Shown piece after piece: positions 22,801 through 36,325 of a DNA stretch of 64,000 nt. The notes under the pieces were generated by a model. It ran no database searches. It was not told the DNA's origin and saw only the letters and a list, made by a program, of their open reading frames with translations. The translations under genes and the position numbers were made by a program. Each line of letters begins with the position of its first letter. The first letter of the stretch is position 1. This stretch comes from Amphiscolops sp. MND2022 (Eukaryota): positions 15,874,001 to 15,938,000 of the forward strand of contig OZ076409.1 in assembly GCA_964187785.1 (NCBI GenBank), written 5' to 3'.

Positions 22801-24309
22801 ATAGAACGCGATAAACTATTCCTGTTTAGAAACGAGTGTTGAATGAGGAAAATTCACATATGCGGTCACGAAAGCGAAAAAAATTAAGTTCTACATATTC
22901 ACCACAAACCTTTTAAGCAAACATTTTGTAAACTAGGCAAAAATCCAAAAAAAAAGATTTTTGCTATAAATTCATTGGATTTCGTAATTGATGAATGAAG
23001 TCTCAAAAAACTCTCATGCAATTTGAATCCACTTGGGTTTTGTTGATTGATTCATTTTCATTAATTCATTGAGAACTCTCCCCTCAGATTGGCCGAAATT
23101 AGTTTTTGGGTTGAAATATTCTTGATTTGACTTTCTGTTTTCTGTTTGCAGCAATAGAACCGAGTGGTAATCGGCGGCAACTTCGAGGTAATCAAACAAC
23201 ATTACGTTAAAGAAAAAAAAACAAAATAAAACCGAAATATTTAATCTAAGAAATAAGAAATATAACCTGAAAAGTATATCTATAAATTCAAGGTTCATAG
23301 ATCAGGAGCCGAAGATAATATGCTAACAAGAGAATTGTTTGTAAAAACGTCTTAAATTTCTCGAAACGTAGAAGCAAACAAACCATCCCAATGCGCAAAA
23401 CGAATATTCAATGCAAATAGTCCGAGAACTTTTTGTCAAACAACTCGGAATTGAGCTGATTGCCTAGAGCGGAAAAAAGTTTTACCAACAAGGTTGAATT
23501 ATGTGCTTTTCTTCCTGCTTGATTTGAAATGGGATTGAATTTTTTATTTTCCGACCACATAAATGGGGGAGAATAATCATGATCTGTGTTGTGTTTTTTT
23601 CCAAATTCTGCCAAATCTCCATTTTATACTTGCTCCATTTACTTACTCACATGTAAATACTCACATGTAGTTACTTACTCCCATTTCTACCAGCACGCTA
23701 TATGCGAAGTAAGTTGCGTTTTACCAAAGAGTAGGCAGAGGTTTGAAATTATTGCGCTATATCCGAATTTTGACGTTATATCCGAAGTAATCGCGTTTTA
23801 CCAAGGAGGAGTAATTTTTTGATTAAGCGTCTATAGTTAGCCAATTGAAGGCGGAAAATATCCCGGTGCATAGCGGGCGTCTTGTTTAACTTCTGATTCC
23901 TTGGGGTAATTTGGGAGTTGAGATCGGGGACGCGATTCAAAACAAGCTTAAATTTTACAACAAATTGCGCTATATTCCTGTAGATTAGCCGGTGCGTTGC
24001 CGACGGGTTTTCGCAAGTGAGTTTCAGCTGGTGTTTCCCACTGCCATGGTGTGGCGAAGAAGATAGAATGAAACCCCGAGTACAGTTATTTTTGCTAAAA
24101 GCGATCCTAACGTTTTGCGATTTCCGGTGCCTTAATGAAATAGTATTCGATAAACAGACCCGTCGAGTGATTGACCGTATGTACAAGCAACGAAGTTCTT
24201 GGAAGCGAAGTCATTGTTTTGGGATGGAATGCATCAGTAGCGAAACGAATGAACAAAGCAAGATATGGCTCTCCATTTGCTGCGACATATTTCACTATTT
24301 TAAGCTTTT

Positions 24310-24950
24310 GGAGAATCTGAAGCAAATACAAAGCAGTGGCCATGATGAAATCAGCAAAAAAGTAATCTCATCCTTCAAAAATGGTGACAAATATCGACCT
24401 GAATGTTATCAACCTATCAGCCTTTTGACCGCAATGAGCAAAATTTTCAGAAAATTGCTTTTGAAAAGAATGTCAACTTTTGTAACCAAACACAAAATTC
24501 TGAGCATTGATCAATTTGGTTTCAGAAAAAATTACAACTGCACAAATGCAACCACTGAATTAACTGAAAATATAAGACAAGAAATTGGTAAACGAAATCG
24601 AGGTTATGTTTGCTTTATTGATTTGAAAAAAGCATTTAACAGTATGGATCATGGACTACTATTGCTACTATTGGCAAAACTGGAACTGTATGGATTCCCT
24701 GGGACCCATTTTCCGTCTTATCCAAAACTATTTACAGAAGCGCAATCAGTATGTCTTCCATGAATGTAAAAAAACTCTACATTATCAACAGTAACAACCG
24801 GAGTGCCGCAGGGCTTTTCTAGGCACTTTTATTTTCTTACTGTACATCAAAGATTTAGCAGACTGTATTCCAGAGAGTCGAATTGCATTGTTTGCTGACA
24901 ATACCTCCCTCTTCAGCTTCGGACCTAAAGCAAACGAAGAAATTTACAAC
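24310..24950 (+). mobile_element. Degenerate non-LTR (CR1/L2-like) reverse-transcriptase fragment
   Basis: YQPISLL..MSKIF, QFGFR, FIDLKKAF, then GVPQG and LFADN in shifted frames. Confidence 0.85.
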
Positions 24951-25739
24951 GCTGCAGATTTTGATTTTTTGTGAGTGCGAAGACTATTTCTGAAGCAAAA
25001 AAAAACGTGCCAATTTTAGATTAGGAAATTAGTGGGACAAAGATGTTGAATACAGTCGTATAGATACAGTCGTCGTAAGGAGATTCATACAAACTAATAA
25101 TTATTTTTTCCTCTAAAACGATCTGGATTGTAAATGTTACTGAGCACGAATCTGCGACTGAGAAAAGAATTTTACCTAAGAGAATTTGAGAATTTGACTC
25201 CTTGAGGCCGCGTAAGCTGCGTTTAGCTCGGGAAAGACTATGTATTTCTCTTGTAAGTTACTCTCACTTTTTGTGACACGATTCGCAACAAATCTCGACT
25301 ATTTTTAAGGTGTACGTTCGATCCAACAGAGTACGACAGTTGAGTTGTTCCATTCAAAGAGTGAATGGATTTCCTAAAATGGAGCGAGTTGTGGAAAACT
25401 GTCTCCTCGCAATGTCGAACTAAGGAGAGGGTTGCCAAGTTCTAGTTATGGTACCAACGTAGTTTTGATCAGAATGACTAGTGTTTTTGAGCGTGGTCAT
25501 ATATGCAACACAAGAGAGGCGGATGCACAACGACAACGCGCAAGTTTTGCAAACCCAGAAGTTCGAAATTGTAACCCACACAACCCGAGAGCTATTTTTT
25601 ACCAGTTTTAACACTTTTCAAACAACTGGACCCAGGAGTTGTAGTGAATTGAAAAATGCAAGTCAAATCGGAGCTTTGAGTTAGCAGTCAATCGGATAGA
25701 GCTAATTTCCGCAAAAGTGACCGGATGATTCAGCCGCCA

Positions 25740-26239
25740 TTTTTAGTCGGCGCTTTTCTAGGGAAAAGTGCCCGACTCTTACAGTGGCTTGTTTTTTTTT
25801 TCTTTTTTTTCGTCAGACTACAATCTCACTCTGATTGGGCCACTTTTCTGACAATCGAAACTACTAAAACTACTAGCATAAGAGGCCAAGTCCGGTCAGC
25901 GGAAATTAGTGCAAAAGGGTCCCCCTTTCATTTTTTACTTCTTTACCGTAACCTACAAAACCGGACGAGACTAAAAGGTTCGACTTTTTTCGGCATTGTG
26001 GACTTTTTTCGAAAGTTTTTTAATGTCTCAAAAGAGTCCCCCTTTCGAGTTTTTTTATATTTTGCAACAGAATATATGTTAATAAAACCAAAAGGGTCCC
26101 CCCTTTTACATTTTTTGGCACTATGCGACATTTTTTGATAGAAAAAAAATCAAAAATTTCAAGTTTTTTTCTAAAAAAAAGTCTTTTGCGCATTTTGAGC
26201 CTTAGATATAGCGCCGACTTTAGACGTTCCCGTCTTGTT
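25740..26239 (+). mobile_element. Helentron-associated non-autonomous element (HINE/DINE-1-like), complete ends
   Basis: TTTTT-AGTCGGCGC 5' subTIR, nearby partial inverted copy GTGCCCGACT, 3' subTIR GCGCCGACT, terminal hairpin AGACG-TTCC-CGTCT, then TGTT. Confidence 0.75.
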
Positions 26240-27469
26240 CTAAATTGTTCTTACTGTTATTGAGGCCCGCAGCTGTTTTGATTGTTCCCGTTGCAGTCGA
26301 ATCCAGAAGTTCGAATTCGATTAGAATTTGTGAACTTCACAGCAAATGTTGTGAAGGCAGTCAGACAATGCTGCAAAGACTTTGTTGGCTTCAAAAGCCC
26401 TAACAGCTGCTGTGGCCGAATCAGAGTCTTCGGAATAATTATGTTTAACGTTAGGTCAGACCATTTTGACATTGATTCGAAAAATAATTGATACGTCAAA
26501 CGCTGCTTTAGTTTGCGAAAAACTTCTAGAACTACGTTTTCGTTCAGTGCACAAAAAAGGCGAAGAAAGCTTTTTGACGACTTTATCAGAGCGATTTGTT
26601 CGCATGCTAATACGGTAACTTCAAGTTTTTTGAAACAAAGCTAACTTCCTAAAAGTTCTGCTGTCTTCTAGGACCAACAACCAGACAACAGATCAAGCAA
26701 ACGTTTTCTTTTCAGCTGAGCTGTCATCAAAAACTATAGTTTTTGTAGTAATGTTGTTTTCTTTTAGAACATAGTTAGTTAAACATGGTAGGCGAGTTGA
26801 TTGGGTTGTAATGTTTTCGTTGAGTTTCCTTTAAATACCTGAGATCGATGAAATCTTCCACGAGAGAGTAGGGTATTTCAATTTTTCAATCTTCCAAAAA
26901 GCGGTTCTTTCAAAAGCGAGAACAATCTCGAGACCTTCGAAATCGTTACGGTGACGCCATGACATTTCGATATTGAATCTACGTTTAAACGGACGTTTGG
27001 CAATCTGAAAGAGATAATTTTGACGAGCAGTTTGCTGCACGGAACGTTTTTCGCTTCTAGGTTTCCTCTAGTTTGCATGAATTTCGTGAGTCAAAACTTT
27101 CAACGATGAACACGGACGTGTTCCAGTATCAGCGTCACACGGTACGTCGAAAAAATGGATGGCGAAGACATAAACTTGATGAGATTTGTTTCTTGATGTG
27201 ATTGTGTATATGTCCACTCCTAGCAACACAATCTTTCGCCTAGGAGTATTGAACATCGCATCGGCGATCTGATGAGATTTCACCTGATACGTTAGATTTT
27301 GTAAGAACTTTACCACTCAAGCTTTGGATCGTATACATTCAATCGCTACCTGCTACTGATTCAAGATTCAGGCGACACAAAAAGTTTTCAACCTGGCAAA
27401 ACAAAAAATGCTTTCCTGATAATAGTTCGACGAATTTTGTAATGTAGCTGTACTGATTTTTCTCCCCGA

Positions 27470-28415
27470 AAATGCCAGTATCACACCTGAAAAAGGGCTT
27501 TTTCCGGGTTCCTCTGCGTCCATTTCATTCCAACTCCCAAGAATACATGCTGTCGTTAAAAAAGAAGCAAAACTCCGTCTCTTCTTTCTTCCGCAGAGTC
27601 AAAACTGTCTTGGCGCTGGACACCGGTGGGCTAGATCTTTTAAAAACCATGCAGGAAAGCTTCCGAAGACGATCCTTCTGTGGTCGCCAAAAATGAGTTT
27701 CCATGTAACTGCAAGCGGTAAGCGATTGTGGCGTGACAATAGAATGGAGGAACTGGTACCATGGATACGGTCCGGGGCAAACCACCATGACACCAGCTCA
27801 TTTTAGCCTCCTAAGGGTTGGCAGTCCCGAGGAGGGCGAACAGTCTTAATGGATTCTCTCTGGCCTGATACCAGTCTGCAACTGCTAAGAATCACGGGAA
27901 TTGCATTGGGACTTGCAACCAAGATAGCTCATAAAAACTGCTTGTTTGTTGACAACTGAATTTCCTCCAGTGGGAATTTCTTCATAGGTCAATGCAAAGA
28001 ATGATAAAGTAACAATAGCTCTCGAGCATATTTCAATCTAAATACAAAATACAACACACAAATTAAGATAATTGAGTCCAGTTTGGCAAAAACTGTAGAA
28101 GTTGTGCCGATTTGGCACCAGCGCTCAAGCTGGGCACAACCCCGAGCACGGGCTGACTCTTTAAACTGTCATCGGAACTGTGGGTTCGGCACTTTACAAT
28201 ACAGGATTCCGCGGGCCAACACCGTGGTGTTTGCAAGTTTTTAGCTCGTTTCTGCCTTCTGTTCTCCCGGTCGTCTCGCTCTCTCTCGCGGGCGCCTTTT
28301 TTGACTTTTTTCTACGCTTTCTGACAGGTACATCGTCAAAAACATGCTCACGTCAGATTTGAACGAAACTTTCAAAAATTGTCAAAATTTCGTCTCATTA
28401 CAGGATGCCGTTACA
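27470..28415 (-). mobile_element. Truncated sibling of the giant Gypsy: 712-bp LTR (27704-28415), PBS and start of leader
   Basis: TGTAAC...GTTACA; PBS TGGCGACCACAGAAGGA; blocks shared with 16020-16957 (CTCTCTGGCCTG, AGCTCTCGAGCATAT, CACGTCAGATTTGAACGAA, AGATCTTTTAAAAACC); left limit uncertain. Confidence 0.85.
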
Positions 28416-29828
28416 AGTGGCATCTCGTATGTCTGAAAATAAAATGAATTAAATCGTTTAAAATAGTTGCTTTACGCTGATTGGTTAAAATAGTTGAAAT
28501 AGTTGAAATTAGGCAATAGCCTATATATCCGGTCTCTGATGTTGAATGTGTACAGCTACGAATTTGATCAAATTACGGAACAATTCTTTGCTATAAACTT
28601 TTGATTGACTCGCGTTGTTTTAATAAGGACTTACATCAAGCGCTGCGACAAGGCGTACTAATGGTATCGTGTTTTCAAGATCTCGCATTTTCAGGAGGCT
28701 GTTTCAGGGCCGTTACTTGTTTTCTGTAAACATTTTGCAGCCACTATAACACGAAATGTCCGTGCCTGACGCTTTGTAAGTGTTTCGCTCCTTATCTTTT
28801 CTTATAACGAGTCGATTCATTTTTTGACAAAGTAAGCGAAGACAGGTTACCATGAGTTTAAGTCGACGCCTACAGTTTAAAGACGAGATAACGTTCAAAT
28901 TATTTTCTCAGGTAAGATCTGTTATTGCCTTTGAAAGCCCCTAACTTTGGGATTCAGTGGTTGTGTCCACGAACGACGACTTTTCTGTTTCCGCAATCTT
29001 TTCCCAATATGTTCGCAGTGACATCATTGTCATCGCTTGTTATCGTCAACGATTCTATCATCTGATTGGGCTTTTTTCCTTGTGAGGTTTCATGAATTCT
29101 ATTTTGCGCAAACTATCAAGATTGGTTTAATACGAAGGAGGTAATAAAAAGATCAGAGAAGAGACATAAACTTGTGAAAGCTGCTTGACAAAATGCGAAA
29201 AATGAATTCTGTTCCAAATAGATAACATGGTAAGTAACAGAGACGAAAAACGGTGTTAGAGGTACAAAATCATCCATTGATGTTTTTTATGACGAGTAGG
29301 TTTTGACAACTCTGAAAATGTTCAATAACAAAATGTGATTTTTTTCTACTTGTTTTATTTTCAAAAGAAAAAATACCATTGTAATTCCACTGGTAAGTTT
29401 GGAAACGGATAAATTCGAGCTGCAGGGTATTTCAGAAATATTTCAAAATATTTGGAAAAGAGCGTCCAGTTTTTGGAGTTACGGCAATTTTTATAGTTTT
29501 GAACGGTATTTGGGGAAGAGGCATAATTCTAGTTCAATTCTAGATACAAAACTACTGCATTGGCTAGATGAAAATTAGATGCTAACGGCCTGCTTTCTGG
29601 CAAGTTATGATATTACATAAGACACCAGAATCAAAAACTCGAAAAGTGTGTTTTTTCATCGAATTCGACTTTATCAGAAGATTCAAAGTTCAATTTCATC
29701 CGATACAGAAGTTCGACACTAGTGTGTTGCGGAATCCTGCGTTAGTGAGGACTATTTGATAATTACAATTTTCCAAAGATGGGTGTTCCCGCCTAAAAAG
29801 GTTTTCATGACCATCAAAAAACTCAACT

Positions 29829-31429
29829 TGTCGCAGGCTGCCGCCTGCGACGGGGTGTACTACCAAATAGCACCGGAAAATGACCAAAGCAGCGCGGGAC
29901 CAGGAATACTGCCGATATAAAACACACTTAAAACACTGCACGTTATGTTAATTATGTTGCTTCTAGTATTAGTTTATGTAAAATTAGAATAGATCAACTA
30001 TAGTTAATCATTTACTGTAATATTTCAATACTTGGACCTTAGGTCATTCAGACGGCACAACCATATTTATTTTACTACGATGTGCAATAAACTATTGCCC
30101 TATTTACTGGCAACACTTCAAAAGTGAACTAGTATCACGGAAATGCAACTACGTTGGTGTACTATAGTAGTTGAAAGTGCTAATCAACGATATAATAAGT
30201 GCAATGAAATAATAACCAAATGAATTACTTAATGCTAAAAGGAAACGCGTTCAACTGGTACTTTGTTGCCGCCCAGTTGACGCAACGTCACTTTTTTAAT
30301 AACCAATCACAGTGCTTTAAATATAGTACTCCTTTGCCGTCAAGTGGACGCAACGTCGACTTACGCTCTATTTACACAGCAAAGTCACCATTGTTGCTAT
30401 TCAGTTGATGCTATTTTGATGTTCTGAATCTAGCAATAATTCTAGTTACAAACATGAAATTTAGCGCATGATAATGTTCCATTGGGTGACCAATTTTACC
30501 CATCCATATTAAAGCAGTTGCTATTTTTAGAACTTGTTAGTGGATGACGTAATATTTAGGGTGACGTTCAATCTATTTCTAGTTTGGAATAAGGTCAAAC
30601 ATGACTCAATTCCTATATTTAGCTGTATTACACCCACAATTATGCGTGTCATGGTCATATTAGTATATATATCAGGAACTCAAAATAATCGGGACTCATT
30701 CTTGTGATATTACGATAACAGTAAACACAGTTTGCGATTTGACAGATTGAACTCAATTCAGTGTTGACCATATCTACTCTGTTATGTCTTCAACCAGAAA
30801 ACAAAAGGCTAGAGAGAAACGAGCGAGGCAATCAGACGTAATGTCAGATGTAGAAAATCTTGATGTTATGTTAGGAACTTATTCTCGAAATGAATTGGAG
30901 GAACAGGAAAATAATAGTGATTTAGAATTGTACCTAAGGTCCGGGAGACGGCAAGAAAATACTGACCTTATTGGAGGAAATGTTAGGTCATCACTTAATG
31001 CAAATATGAGTGTGAATAGTGAGATTACAGCAGAGACAAGTCGAGCAATCAGCTAAGAAATTTCCACTCAAATGTCAAGGAGATTTGAGGAAATCAAATC
31101 TGACTTAAATTCCCACATATTAGAGGTATTAAACGCAGCAATTGAAGAAAAGATGCTACCCACTATTATGGGTGCTGTAGGAGCAAATGAAGGAGCTAAA
31201 AGCGCAAAATGGGACCTTCGGTCAGATGGACGGCATCCGAATACGTCAGATCAGATGCCGCCGGTTAATGACTATGAGTCACACGGACGGCAGCAAGAAA
31301 AAACTTACAAAATAGATCAAAACAAAGCAGGAAACCTTCCTGAGTTGATTACAATTGGTGGTAACCGAGAGACCCGCTTTAGGCAGAATTCATTTGATTC
31401 TAACTATAGTGAGGATGACGGTTATGACA
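29829..31429 (+). mobile_element. Solo LTR (1601 bp) with 5-bp TSD CAACT
   Basis: CAACT|TGTCGCA ... TATGACA|CAACT; the same 5' terminus recurs on the minus strand at 53225. Confidence 0.85.
30784..31429 (+). pseudogene. LTR-internal ORF (probable Gag N-terminus), one in-frame stop
   Basis: ORFs 30784-31056 and 31072-31440 share a frame; MSSTRKQKAREK...SDVENLDVMLG is homologous to MPTTRKQKKARK...SDIENLDILLG starting at ~51354 (minus). Confidence 0.7.
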
Positions 31430-32919
31430 CAACTTCCTGACAAAAATGCAGCAAAATCTTTTTCGAATAAAGGTTGCCCAGTGACGAGGAAAAACAAAAA
31501 AGGATAGTCTTCTATGCTTCAAAAAAGGGTTTCCTCAACAAAACCCATCAACGAGGAGACTCTCTGGTGGATTGAAAAAGCTTCGAAAAAGTCGCATAAT
31601 ACCAAAAATCCCCCATGATCTGCTTTGGATCTTAAGCTTACTCTGCAAATATTGACAAAGAACTAAAATAAGGATCTTTTAACTTCGTCAAATTTTGCTA
31701 ACATTTAGAAAATTTGGATCTTCATGGGATTCGAACCCAGAGAATCAAGCTTCCGAGTCATGCAACTCAAACACATAATCTGGTGTTGACAATTGGCCGT
31801 AGAATATGAGCAGTTTTTCAGTAGTTTTTGATTTTGGGGCATCGATTGTCAGACAAACATGTCACAGCTCGCTCCCAAGTGATGTACCCACTGTAATCAG
31901 GGCATTCACAGAAATATGCTGGGACTGGGGTATCGGAAACCTAAATAATTTTAAGGTAGTAAAAACTTTACTTACAGCACAGCCAAATGAATTGCAAAAG
32001 GAATTTGAACACAAGAGTTGATGAGATACAACGCAGATTTTAGGAAGAAAAGTTTAGAAAAAAATTTTGAAAACTCTGAAATTTAGAAGGTTTTGCATTT
32101 CTTGGGAAAACGAAAATTTGCGTGATAATGATTAAGACCGAAACTTTGAAGTTATATGTCTGGCTTTTCGTGAATAATTTCCAAAAGTTTCTTTATTCAT
32201 TTTGTGGTCTTTGAACTAGCCTTCGAAAAGGTAGAAACAATAATTCCAGTTGGATGTTGCGGTCATAAATATTGCTGTTCCAGCGACAAGTCCCTTCTTT
32301 CACTAGAAACATTTTCTAACAAGAAACAAAAAAATTGTCAGCGACATTCTGGTATCATTCAAAAAATTAGGATTGAAAACGAACTAATCGAAGATATACA
32401 ATATAGGGGGAACTTCAACAATGGTGAAGCAAAAACTGATTGCAGGACTCTAAAGGACCCTTTGCTGATGACATTTTCAGTTTCTTTGAATTCCGTTCTT
32501 TGAATTCGGAATTCTAGAATCCCGTTCTTTGAATGTTTCTCAATCTATCGCAAAGCTTGGAGGCTTAGGAGAAAAATTATAAGAAGAAAAACACAGTTTT
32601 TTGAGGAAAATTGTACACAAAATATTCAATTGTTATCCAATCATGATCTAAAGAAGCCATCAAAGACCCGTATATCACTTAAAGTAATATCGTAAAAGAA
32701 AAGTTAGGGGAAAATTTGAAATACTTTAGCGTAATCATTGTTTGTGAAAGCTCAATAAACTGTGAGCTCAACTCATTGATTGGTAAAATCGTGACACACT
32801 AGCTTCCATTTAAAGATTCCATTGCTTCAATCACTGAGTAGTAACTTTGGCTTCTTCTTGAGATGCATTATCGTGAAGTTAAATTTTCAGCTACACCATA
32901 GTACATATAGCTCTTGTGT

Positions 32920-35900
32920 TCAAGAAGAAATTTGTCTGTGGTAATGAGTTTTTTTGACATTTGAGTCATTTTTCGATCTTTTTTTCTGAAACAACATCAG
33001 AAACTGTCTTCGAAAGTGACTGCTGGCCAGCACATAGGAGAAGAAGTTCAAGGAGTTGTTGCAGCATGACAAAACACCCTGGAAAACCAACAAAATAATA
33101 GAAGCTACAAAAGCAATCTAGGGTTCGTTTTTAAATCAAAAATTCGAGTTTCAAAAAAAGAGAAGGAACAAAATTCACAAAAGCATGCAAATAAGTGTAT
33201 TTTATTTAGCTTACAAATGGGTACTACTAAGGGTGAATTTTTCATAGTTTACCGCAATCTCGAAACGAAAAACTTTCCACATTCCACCAATCCTCTCTTT
33301 ACCTTTTTTTAAAATTTTTAGTTGGAGTAATACGTTTTTGGACCGTAAAGGGACATTCAAGCTGTTCGATACTATACGATTTTTTTCGAAAACAAATCAC
33401 CCATCAGATGTTTCTTTCTTTTCAGTCAGAGAATAGGGTTTTTCGAGCAGGTAATGCTTTTCTTTAGAATTTTTCGGCACCTTCAATTTTGTGTTGTTCT
33501 TTAAAATCTTCGCGCTTTTTGAGCCTCAACCAAGGCATCAACTTGAAACGCCCTCGTCTTGTTTCAAATGTCGATTGATGTCATATGTCAAAAACTTGTT
33601 TTGTTTCATCGATGTTCCAGAAAATGAACACCAGAAAAAATTAAGACTCAATTTCAGGATATGACAACAAAATCGGAAAACTTATTGCACTTTCAAATTT
33701 CTACGCCGCCGACATTTTCCAAATAGTGTTTTTTTTCTGAAAAACGTTTTCCAACTTGAATACTATCGAGACTTACAGCGAAAACATTCAGCAATTTGTT
33801 GAAGAGATATTGGCGATAGGTTTCGATTTTAACCCCTGCTGTTGTGATGAGAACACTGCCTATTCCCAAGTTCATCACCAAGAAACATATTGAGACAAGA
33901 ACTAAAGAGATTGTAATCTCTCGCTCCTTACGGCTCACTTTTCCTTCCATTCTTCTCAGCTTGTACACTATCAAAATATTTGATGTCAGGATGCTCAGAA
34001 ACGGAACCCCGATTAGCCCTACCAACACAATCCATATCACATAGGCATGTCTCTGTTTCTCAGTCAAAATATCTTCTCCTATCATGGAACACTCATCTTC
34101 ATGGAGATCGTAGATTGTGAGAACAGGTATGCACACGAAAGCACTGACGCATTCCACGAGAATGGTTGTTCCTACTGCAATGCTGGATTTACCGTACATT
34201 TTGTAGTTGACAGGTACCCAAAGAGCCAACACGCGATCAATTGTCAGAAATGCGAGTATGTAGTTTGCTGCAAAGTACATAACGAGTTTATGATGGCATC
34301 GAACAGGCTTCATGGTGGATACTATGTTTTGAAACAGAAAATGCTTCATCAAATTATACAAAGCCTAAAGTACGTAAACTACCATAAGAAAGGAGGTTTT
34401 TTTTGAGAGATGAATCATTGACAATGTACTAAACTAATATGTGTAGACTTTTGTGAAAATATTTATACAACCTAGTGGTTGTTGAGCTTGCTTCTCTGGT
34501 TAAACCATTAACAAAACTTTACCTGCTGCTCTCTACAAATAAGTGGTTTTGAACTTTGCAACACAGTGAGTCGATACTTTTTTCGAACTTTTTCTGACAA
34601 ACTTTTCACTGAGCAGCTTAAGTTAAAGTAATAACGAAATATTCAATGAATCATTGTTTAATTTGACCGTATTTACAATGTGGTGGTATGAATTGGAATG
34701 AAAATAAACACTGGATAGTGAATGAATATAAACATGGTGTATGTTAGTCAAACTTTGACCTCATTCCACCCACAGCAAATTGAGGATCGCTATGCTTGCA
34801 ATAAGTTGATGTTAATCAAAATTTTGTTTGAATCACGGAAAAGTGCATTTTTGGACAAAGTCCTTTTTTTCACTAACTACGCGCCTTGACTAGTTTACAC
34901 TATTTTTCTTACGCTAAAAGAAAACAAAACAATAGGTTACATTTCACAATGAAATAAACGTTACTATGGGACCTTTTTGTCTATTGGAAACACTTTTTTG
35001 AAGATCAATATACATAAAGGTTGAAAAACACTACAACATCTTTCAACGGATGTATCAAATCATTGGAGTCATAAAGATTCTGGGTTCGCATGAGTGCCCT
35101 GGTTGAAAGAAAATGCGTTCCTTGCAAGGATCTTGCAAGATCCTTGTAAAAATGCAATCACTTGTAAGATCTTGCAAGGAAATTTGTTCGTTGCAAGATC
35201 TTGCCAGGAAATTTGTTTCTTGCAAGATCTTGCAAGGTAATTTTTTCCTTCCAAGATTTTTCAGAAATGTTGATAACTTGCATGATTTTCCAAAAAACAC
35301 GGAACCATGGAAGTGTAAAGAACAAAAAACAAAAATTCTAAATTGTCAAAGTTTCAAACTGTTTCAAACATGTATAAATTTGGTTGTCAAGAGCTATTTT
35401 CAAGACATTTTTTTGTTTCAGTTTTCGAACTTTTTTGCCCACTCCCACTTTTTTTATTCACAAAAAATGACACAAAGTTTCTCTCGCAGATAAAAAATCT
35501 GGTTGAACACTTATTTCTGTAAAATATTGCAAACTGTTTTAATATGAGATAGTTTTAAGTTGCTAAATTTCAAATTCGTATCCTGATACCTGTACTTTCG
35601 AAAAACCTAGTTTTACAACTCAATTTGGCCGAAATTTTACAATGATTCCAGAAATCAAACAAACCAGAGGCTTCAATACATTCAGGGGATAGACTGAACA
35701 TGAATTAGCTCAAAACCATTGAGCACCAAAGTGACCACGAAAAGTGAGAAACACCTCAATTTTGAACCAAATTTGGCTGAAAATGTCCTTTGAGAACTAA
35801 ATTGTAAACTAGATTGTAAGCTAGATAAAAGTCTAAGAAACTTTAATTTTTTACAAGACATCAAAATCCGTGCCGTTTGCCTGATGTTGCTTCTTCTGGA

Positions 35901-36325
35901 ATCACAACTGTACTTATTTTGCAACCATTTTCCATCCCGCACTGGGAGATTGAATCATTTGGTCCATGATTCTACTAACCACCGAATGATGTAACAGCTG
36001 TTAAATAAAAGTGTCCTTTGCAAGTGTACTGATTTATATTGACCAGTGGGAATTGAAATAGAGCTGAGCCAGAAGCAAAGAAACCATCCGAAAAGACAGA
36101 TGCCGAGTCCGCCACGGCTAAACACTTGATGAACATTGTGCCTGATGTCCTAATTCCCAAGCGAGAAGCTGTGAGATACGCGAAACAGTTGCCAGTGAGA
36201 CCGATGATTGCTACCACCAGACTGAGACACCACCCAATGTAGATGCCGATCTCCAGATCCAATGAAAATCCGAACTCAGAGTTAGTTTCATTGCCAGAAT
36301 TTCGACCGATAAAATAACAAAACAT
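32920..36325 (-). CDS. Rhodopsin-class (peptide-receptor-like) GPCR paralog B, ~331 aa; exons 36325-35980, 34267-33777, 33078-32920
   Basis: Exon lengths 346+491+159 splice in frame at GT/AG; NET sequon, GLTGN, LAVAD, LTIDRV, NNSLNFFSY, FRRQF; start codon uncertain. Confidence 0.88.
33330..33563 (+). mobile_element. Diverged HINE-like 3' fragment in a GPCR B intron
   Basis: Ends TTTGAGCCT...CAACTTGAAACGCCCTCGTCTTGTT, like the 26239 end. Confidence 0.5.
35097..35260. repeat. Array of palindromic TCTTGCAAG(A) units; probable end of a TIR element
   Basis: Starts CCCTGGTTG, with several TCTTGCAAGA/TCTTGCAAGG units; resembles the TCTTGGCAAGA subterminal arrays of 55089-57658. Confidence 0.6.
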
